DNA from: Octopus sinensis
Taxonomy: Eukaryota
Reading direction: 5' to 3'
Length of the DNA: 10,205 bases
Assembly: GCF_006345805.1 (NCBI RefSeq)
Contig: NW_021827615.1
Span: forward strand, 1-10,205
Shown here: positions 1-7,402 of the stretch, in pieces
Layout: the number at the start of each line of letters is the position of its first letter
Position numbering within the stretch: position 1 is the stretch's first letter
The notes under the pieces: model-generated
Databases searched by the model: none
Seen by the model: only the letters and a program-made list of their open reading frames with translations
What the model was told of the DNA's origin: nothing
Position numbers and translations under genes: made by a program

Positions 1-214
1 ATATATCAGCATCAATTATTACTTTCGGATAATAGTATCAAGAAACTGAAGAACTTACAATTCTTTTAAATTCGAAAGCCCCTTGAATGCTCCTTCTTTG
101 ATGGTTGCAATGTTGTTGTTGTCAAGATATCTATAGCAGTAAAGAAAGAGTAAAATAGATTATACGGAAAATATTTGTGATACGACATCAAACACTGTTC
201 ATACATCTGAATGA
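1..214 (+). repeat. Module A, copy 1 (5'-truncated by window edge)
   Basis: Aligns by eye to 4060-4271 and 6074-6285, and ends in the same GAATGAAAGGAAGAAAA junction into the purine tract. Confidence 0.9.
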
Positions 215-1943
215 AAGGAAGAAAAAGAAGAAAGATAACGAAGAAGAAGAAGAAGAAGAAGAAGGGGAAGAAGGAGGAGGAGGAGGAGGAGGTTGAGTAG
301 GAGAAGAAGAAGTAATAGAAGAAGAAGAAAAAGAAGAAGAAGAAGAGGAAGGAGAATTGACGAGGAGGTGGAGGAGGCGGAGGAGGTGGAAGAGGCGGAG
401 TGGTGGAGGAGGCGGAGGATGGGGAGAGGCAGGGATGTTAGGAGTAGGACAAAGGAAGGGATGACTGAGGAGGGGCAGCTGGGTTAGCAGCAGAAGGAGC
501 AGGAAGAGCAGGAGAATGAGAATAAGAGGAAGAATTGGCTGAGAATGGAAAAGAGGGAGACCAGTGACGAAGCAGAAAGTACAGAGTAGAAAAAGAAGAA
601 GAAAAAGAAGAAGCAGAAGAAGAAGAAGAAGCAGAAGAAGAAGATACAGAAGAAGAAGAAGGAGGAGAAGAAGAAGAAGAAGAAGAAGAAGAAGAAGAGG
701 AAGTAGAAGAAGAAGAAGAAGAAGGAGGAGTAGAAGGAGAATAACAAAAAGAAGATAAGAAGAAGAAAAAAGTAGGAGGAGAAGTACATAAAGAAGTAGA
801 AAAAGAAAAAAAAGGAAGTAGACGTAGGAGAAGAAGAAAAAAGAAGGAGGAAAACGAGGAGGAGAAGTAGAAGAAGAAGAAGAAGAATTAGAAGAACTAG
901 AAAAACAAGGGGAAAAAAAGGAATAGAAGAAGAAGGAAGAGGAAAAAGGAGGAGGAGGAGGATAAAGTGGTAGAAGTAGGAGTAGAAGAAAAACAAGAAG
1001 AGGAGGAAGAAGAAGAAGAAAAGAAGAAGAAGAAGAAAAAATTAATAAGAAGGAGGACGAGGAGGAGAGGTAGAAGACGAAGGAAGAGAATAAGAAGAAG
1101 AAGAAGAAGAAGAAAGAGAAGGAGCAGCAGGCGAGAGGACGAAGAATAAGAGGATAAAGAAGAAAGAGAAGGAGAAGAAGAAGAAGAAGAAAAAAAAAAG
1201 AATAAGAAGAAGAAAAAGAAGAGAGAAAGAGAATGAAAAAAAAAAAATGAAGAGAAAAAAAGAAGAAAATGAAGAGGACGAGGAAGAATAAGAAAATAGA
1301 AAAAGGAGCATGAGGGGAGGGGAGAGGAGAATTACAAAGAAAAAAGGAGGAGGAGTGGTTGAGAGAGTTTTAAGAGAAATAAATAAATAAAATAAAGAAG
1401 AACAAGAAGAACAAGAAGAAGAAAAACAATTAGAAAGGAAGAAGGAGGATGAGGACGAGGAGGAGGGGAGAATAATAGAATAAAAGAAATAAAAAAGAAA
1501 AAAGAAGAGAATAATAATAATAAGAAGAAGAAAAGAAGAATAAAGAAAGAACGGAGGAGAAGACGAGGAGGAGTAGAAGAAAAAGAAGAAGAAAAGGTGG
1601 AGGAGAAGAAGGAGACGATGTATAATAATAATAATAAGAAGAAAAGGAGGAGAAAAAGAAGGAGAGAAAGGAAGTAGAAAAAGGAACATATGGGAAGGGG
1701 GAGTGGGATAAGAATTACAATAAGTAAAAGAGGAGGAAGAAGAGGAGGAGGAAGAGAATTACAAGAAGAAAATGAAGGAGAAGTGGAAGAGAAAAGAAGA
1801 TTAGAAGAAATGAAGAAGAAGAAGATAAAGAAGAAGAAAAAGAAAAGAAGAAGAAGAAGAAGAAGGAGAAGAAGAAGAAAAAGAAGAAGAAGAAGGAGAA
1901 GAAAAAGAAAAAGAAAAAGAAGAAGAAGGAGAAGAAGAAGAAA
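215..1943 (+). repeat. Purine-rich low-complexity tract R1 (degenerate GAA/GGA)
   Basis: Almost entirely A and G with long (GAA)n and (GGA)n runs. Contains shared tract anchors such as GAGAATAACAAAAAGAAGA at 737 and GAATTACAA near 1329, 1712 and 1756. Confidence 0.95.
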
Positions 1944-2197
1944 TTAATCTAGCCACAATGCGGATAAATAACTGCCAGTCGTTGTCATGTCCAGACACAT
2001 TCAAAGAGATATATCATGAATAGAGTCCAGTAGTTGATTCGTCGATATATTAAGGAAATGCGAAAAAATGTCATCGTTCAGAAGATATATGAAGCAGGAA
2101 GAAACGTTGCTTAGTTTCACATCGTATGTAATTGCGAAGAAATATTGAATAATGTTCATTATGTGAAGAAAGAATTTATATGGTAATATAACGAATA
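1944..2197. other. Module B: single-copy AT-rich complex island inside the purine tract of unit 1, function unknown
   Basis: About 250 bp of normal-complexity sequence with no second copy seen in the window. All three + frames are closed under the standard code. Confidence 0.8.
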
Positions 2198-2264
2198 AGG
2201 GAAGAAGAAGAAGGAGAAGAAGGAGAAGGACGAGGAGGAGGAGCAGGAGGAATGGTGGAGGAAA

Positions 2265-2295
<31 letters not shown>

Positions 2296-2405
2296 TAAAG
2301 AAGAAGAGGAAAAAAGAAGCACGAGGAGGAGGAGCATGAGGAATGTCGGAAGAAGAAGAAGAAGAGGAAGAAGAAGGACGAGGAGGAGGAGCAGGAGGAA
2401 TGGTG

Positions 2406-2436
<31 letters not shown>

Positions 2437-3624
2437 TAGAAGAAAAAGAAGGACGAGGAGGAGGAGCAGGAGGAATGGCGGAAGAAGGAGAAGAAGAAGA
2501 AGTGGAAGAAGAAGAAGAAGAAGAGGAAGAAGGAAAAGAATGACGAGGAGGAGGAGCAGCAGGAATGAGAATGAGCAGCAGAGGATGAGAATAACAAAAA
2601 GAAGAATATAAGAAGAAGAAAGAGGAGTAGGAGTAGAAGTAGATGTTGAAGTAGAAAGTAGTGGTAGAAGAAGATGAAGAAGAAGTATAAGAGGTAAAAA
2701 AAGAGTAGAAAAATGAGAAGAAGAAAAGAAAAAGGAGGAGGAGGAAAAGAAGAAGAAGAAGACGCAGAAATAGAAGAAAAAGAAGCGGGAGAGGAGGGGA
2801 GGAGGAGAATTAAAAAAAAGGAGGAGGAGGGGCGGAGAGGATTGGGAAGAAAGAAAGAAGAGGAAAAAAGAAGTAGAAGAGGAAAAGAAAAAGGAGGAGG
2901 AAGCAATGAAGGGGAAAATTAGGAGTAGAAGAAAAAGAAGAAGAATAAAAAGAAGGAGGAGGAGGAGGAGGAGGAGGAGGAGGAGTTGAAAAAGTTGAAA
3001 GTAGAAGAGGATGTAGGAGAAGAAGAAGAAGAAATAAGTAGAAGCGAGAAGAAGAAAAAGAATAAGGAGAAGGAGAAGAAAAAGAAGAAGAATAAGAAGA
3101 CGAAGAAGGAGAAGAAGAAGAAGAAGAAGAAAAACGAGCAGGAGAGGGAGGGAAGGATGAGAATTACAAGAAGAAAAATGAGGAGGAGGGGCGGAGTGGA
3201 GGGGAGAGAATTGTAAAAAGAAAATGAGAATAAGAAGAAGAAAGACCAATTAGAAGAGGAAGAAGAGTAGGAGGAAGTAGAACTAGAAAAAAAGAAAGAA
3301 GGAAGAAGAAGAAGAAGAAGAAAAAGAAAAAAAAAAGAGACGAAAAAGAAGGAGGAGAAGAGCAGCAGGAGGAGAGGAAGAAAAGAAGAAGAAGAAGAAG
3401 AAGAAGTAGAAGTAGAAGAAGAAGAGGAGAAGAGAAGAAGAAGCAGAAGAAGAAGAGAAGAGGGAAAAGAAGAAAAAGAAGAGGAGAAAAAGAAGGAGGA
3501 GATCAGCAGGAGGAGAGGAAGAAGAAGAAGAAGAAGTAAAGAGAAGAAAGAGAAGGAGAAGGAGAAGAAGAGAAGAAGAAGAGAAGAAGAAAGAGTGAGA
3601 GAAGAAAAGAAGAAGAAGAAAATT
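2198..3624 (+). repeat. Purine-rich low-complexity tract R2
   Basis: GAA/GGA composition. Segment 2581-3230 is colinear with 4638-5266. Confidence 0.95.
2230..2570 (+). repeat. Minisatellite: 5 copies of ACGAGGAGGAGGAGCA(G/T)(G/C)AGGAATG-like motif separated by GAA runs
   Basis: Motif starts at 2230, 2321, 2378, 2453 and 2543 (spacings 91, 57, 75, 90). Confidence 0.85.
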
Positions 3625-3970
3625 ATTGAAAATTATGGCGTTCAAGATGAAAACTAAAAATGTTCTTAAAATATCGGAAAAATTCAGGAGAGAACGAAAA
3701 ATTTTGGGCATTTTTTGGGCGAGGAGACATGGCTGAAAAATCATGGAATACACGGAATCAGAAATCAACATATTCAATTGCACTCACTCATACGCTTCTT
3801 ATATTCTATATCAACGACGGAATGCGGTATGCACACTCAATCACACACATATCCCACTCACCCTTGGGGAAATATGGTGAGAGAGATTATTTATTTCATA
3901 TCGCTTCATTGTCACAAGAATATTAGAAAACACACGCTCACAAGAAATATATCAGCAGTTTAATTGTATC
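3625..3970 (+). repeat. Module C, copy 1 (full length: head plus core)
   Basis: Aligns with 9141-9477 throughout and with 5267-5481 in the core. Confidence 0.9.
3660..3926 (+). pseudogene. Possible exon or gene remnant in module C (…INDGMRYAHS…HSPLGKYGERDYLFHIASLSQEY*), product unknown
   Basis: 88-aa ORF with normal amino-acid complexity. The same core frame is recoverable in the other two copies apart from 1-bp indels. Synonymous differences versus copy 3 occur in the head (GGC/GGT, AAC/AAT, GCT/GCA). No family recognised. Confidence 0.3.
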
Positions 3971-3984
3971 AGTTTAATTGTATC

Positions 3985-4271
3985 CTAAATCGTGTTCATT
4001 CTACAAATTCGAATTGATTTTGTTTGGCGCAGTCTGAAATTTTATACATTTGTGAGCTGATATATCAGCATCAATTATTACTTTCGGATAATAGTATCAA
4101 GAAACTGAACGAACTTACAATACGTTTAAATTTGAAAGCCCCGTGAATGCTCCTTCTTTGATGGTTGCAATGTTGTTCCATTGCAGATATCTATAGCAGT
4201 AAAGAAAGAGTAAAGTAGATTATATTGAAAATATTTGTGATACGACATCAAACGCTGTGACTTCAGAATGA
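3985..4271 (+). repeat. Module A, copy 2
   Basis: About 20 differences in 207 nt and no indels versus copy 3 over 4065-4271 (hand count). Confidence 0.92.
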
Positions 4272-4385
4272 AAGGAAGAAAAGGCAGAAAGATAACGAAG
4301 AAGAAAAGGAAGAAGAAGAAGGAGGAGGAGGAGGAGGCGAAGAAGAAGAAAAAGAAGAAGAAAGAATCAGTAGAAGAAGAAAGGA

Positions 4386-4416
<31 letters not shown>

Positions 4417-5266
4417 GAATAGGAGGGAAAAGGAGGAGGAGGATGGTAAAAGGGAAGAAGTAGTAGCGGAAAAAGTAAAACAAGAAGAAGGAGGAGGAGG
4501 AGGAGGAGGATGACAAGTAAATGAAGAAGTAGAAAGAAGAAGAAGAAGAAGGAAGAGGAGGAAAAAGGAGGAGGAGGAGAATGATGGGGAAGAATAAGTA
4601 GGAAATATGAAAAAGAAGAAGAATTGAAGGAGGAGGAGGATGAGAATACAAAAAAGAATATAATAAGAGAAGAATGAGGAGTAGGAGGAGATAAATGTTG
4701 AAGTAGAAAGTAGTAGAAGAAGAAGAAGATGAAGGAGAAGAAGTATGAGAAGAAAAAAGAGTAGAAAAATGAGAAGAAAAGAAAAAAGGAGGAGAGGAAA
4801 GAAAAAAGAGAAGAATTTAGAAGAATACGCAGAAGAAGAATAAAAAGAAGCGTAGAGTCGGGGGGGAGGAGAATTACAAGAAAAAAAGGAGAGGAGGGGC
4901 GGAGAGGATTGGGACGAAAGAAAAGAAGAGGAAAAAAGAAGTAGAAAAGGAAGGAAAAAGGTAGGAGGAAGCAATGAAGGGGAAAGTAGGAGTAAAAAGA
5001 AAAAGAAGAAGAATAAGAAGAAGTAGGAGGAAAGGAGGAGGAGGAGTATTGAAAAAGTTGAAAGAGAAGAGGATGTAGGAGAAGAAGAAGAAGACATATG
5101 TATAAGCGAGAGAAGAAGAAAAACGAATAGGAGAAGGAGAAGAAAAGAAGAAAGAAGAAGAAGAAGATAGAAGAAGACGAAGAAGGAGAAGAAGAAGAAG
5201 AAGAAGAAGAAGAAGAAAAACGAGCAGGAGAGGAGGGGAGGAGGAGAAATACAAGAAGAAAAATGA
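4272..5266 (+). repeat. Purine-rich low-complexity tract R3 (short version)
   Basis: GAA/GGA composition. Its start matches 6286-6500 and its end matches 2581-3180. Confidence 0.95.
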
Positions 5267-5481
5267 GAATCAGAAATCAACATATTCAAATGCACTCATA
5301 CGCATTCTTATATTCATAGTATCAACGACGGAATGCGCTATGCACACTGACATCACACATATTCCCACTCACCCTTGGGGAAATATGGTGAGAGAGATTA
5401 TTTATTTCATATCGCTTCATTGTCACAAGAATATTAGAAAACACACGCTCACAAGAAATATATCAGCAGTTTAATTGTATC
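5267..5481 (+). repeat. Module C, copy 2 (core only, head of about 130 bp missing)
   Basis: Begins abruptly at GAATCAGAAATC, directly after the purine tract. Confidence 0.9.
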
Positions 5482-5998
5482 AGGCCAAATATTCCAGCTT
5501 ACAAGTACAGTAAGTATTTCAGGTTTACAGATAGAATGTATGTTACTATATTATTCGAATATATATTTTCCGCTTCCACTTCAGTTGCTCTATTACATAA
5601 ATAACGGAAGTGAATGACAAAATTCGAAGTTGTGGTGAATAAATCGAAACTCGAAGGAGAATATTGAATAAGAAATGGAGGAGGATGCAAAATATAAAAG
5701 AAAGGAATAATATAGTCACATTCACACAGAACTACACTTATATATGAACATACACATATACTTCAGCTAAAAATATTTGATGCAAACATGTAACACTCAC
5801 AACGTTACCATTTCTAATACAAAATTCATATCAAAATCATTGAAATTTGGGGAACAAAAATGAGTTATTGAGATGCGAATTGAAACAAAGCAACTACAAT
5901 AAAGGAACATTATATTTTTCCTATTATTTCATTTTCTCTCTCAAATTCTCTCTCTTTCTTCACATTGTCTCGCTCTCTCATATTCTCTTTGTATATTC
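5482..5998 (+). repeat. Module D, copy 1
   Basis: 517 bp, aligns end to end with 9478-9990. Absent from unit 1. Confidence 0.9.
5510..5584 (+). other. Candidate spliceosomal intron (75 nt, GTAAGT...TTTTCCGCTTCCACTTCAG)
   Basis: Consensus GTAAGT donor and a pyrimidine-rich CAG acceptor, both preserved in the paralog at 9506-9581. No transcript evidence. Confidence 0.4.
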
Positions 5999-6046
5999 CT
6001 AAATCTTGTTCATTCTACAAATTTGAATTGATTTTGTTTAGTTCAG
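5911..6046 (+). promoter_or_regulatory. Pyrimidine-rich (CT-rich) tract ending in a candidate 3' splice acceptor CAG|TCTGAA
   Basis: A CT/T-rich stretch precedes CAG|TCTGAA. That junction is conserved at 4032, 6046 and 10037 although the bases just upstream vary. Confidence 0.3.
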
Positions 6047-6285
6047 TCTGAAATATTATACATTTGTGAGCTTATATATCAGCATCAATTATTACTTTCG
6101 AAAAATAGTATCAAGAAACTGAACGAACTTACAAGTATTTTAAATTGGAAAGCCCCGTAAATGCACCTTCTGTGATGGTTGCAATGTTGTTCCCTCCAAG
6201 ATCTCTATAGCAGTAAAGAAAGAGTAAAATAGATTATATGGAAAATATTTGTGATACAACATCAAACACTGTGACTTGAGAATGA
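5999..6285 (+). repeat. Module A, copy 3
   Basis: Colinear with 3985-4271. Confidence 0.92.
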
Positions 6286-7367
6286 AAGGAAGAAAAAGAA
6301 GAAAGATAACGAAGAAGAAAAGGAAGAAGAAGAAGGAAGAGGAGGAGGCGAAGAAGAATTAGAAGAAGAAAGGAGAAGAGGTAGAAGAAAAAGAAGAGCA
6401 AGAAGGAATAGGAGGAAAAAGGAGGAGGAGGCTGATAAAAGGGAAGAAGATGTAGGAGAAAAAGTAAAAGAAGGAGAAGGAGGGGGAGGAGGAGGAGGAA
6501 GAGAATAACAAGAAGAAGATAAGAATAAGAAAGACGAGGAAGAGGAGGAGGAGAAGTAGATGAAGAAGTAGAAAGAAGAAAGGAGAAGAAGAAGAAGAAG
6601 GAGAAGAAGAAGAAGAAGAAGAAGACGAAAAAGAAGGGGGGGGGGGAGGGGGAGGGAAAAGAAGAATTGCAAGAAGAAGGAAGGGAAGAACAAGAAGAAA
6701 AGACGTAGAAGAAGTTGAAGCAGGAAAAAAGAAGAAGAAGATGAAGAAGAGAAGAAGGAGGAGGAGGGAGGAGGAGGAGAAGGAGAAAAGAATAACAAAA
6801 ACATCAGTTAAGAAGAGAAAGGAGGAGAGGAGAAGATGTAGAAGAAGAAGAAAAGAGAAGAAGTGCGGAAAAAGGAGGAGGAGTAGGATTAAGAAGGGAG
6901 AATAAGTAGGAGAAGATGAAAAAGAAGAAGAAGATGAAGGAGGAGGAGGAGGAGGAGGATGAGAATAACAAAAAGAAGAATATAAGAAGAAAGAGGGGTA
7001 GGAGGAGAAGTAGATGTAGAAGTAGAAAGAAGAAGAAGAATATAAGAAGAAAAAAAAGAAATAGAAGAATGAGAAGAAGAAAAGAAAAAGAAGTAGGAGG
7101 AGGAAAAGAAGAAGAAGAATTAGAAGAAGCAGAAGAAGAAAAGGAGCAGGAGTGGAAGGGAGGAGGAGAATTACAAGAAGAAAAAGGAGGAGGAGGGCGG
7201 AGAGGATTGGGTAGAAAAAAAGAAGATGAAAAAAGAAGTAGAAGAAGGAAGAGGAAAAAGGAGGAGAAGAGATGATAGGAAAAAGTAGGTGTAGAAGAAA
7301 AGAATAGAATAATAATAGAAGAAGGAGGAGAGGAGGAGGGTTGATGAAGAAGTTTAAAGTAGAAAGA

Positions 7368-7402
<35 letters not shown>

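Noticed and set aside
2230-2570. Repeated 25-30 bp motif with spacers as a possible CRISPR array
   Set aside because: The spacers are GAA runs of variable length rather than unique sequences, the repeats are degenerate, and there is no cas gene or leader.
3811-3875. GMRYAHS…HI.HSPL resembles protein kinase subdomain VI (GMxYLHSxxIxHRDL)
   Set aside because: HRD is replaced by HSP, and no KxxN, DFG or APE motif follows. The resemblance is too short to call without a profile search.
4126-4270. Complex C-terminal tail of minus-strand ORF 4126-5295 (…SYHKYFQYNLLYSFFTAIDICNGTT…)
   Set aside because: The equivalent ORF in unit 3 stops at 6262, and the upstream part is only low-complexity sequence.
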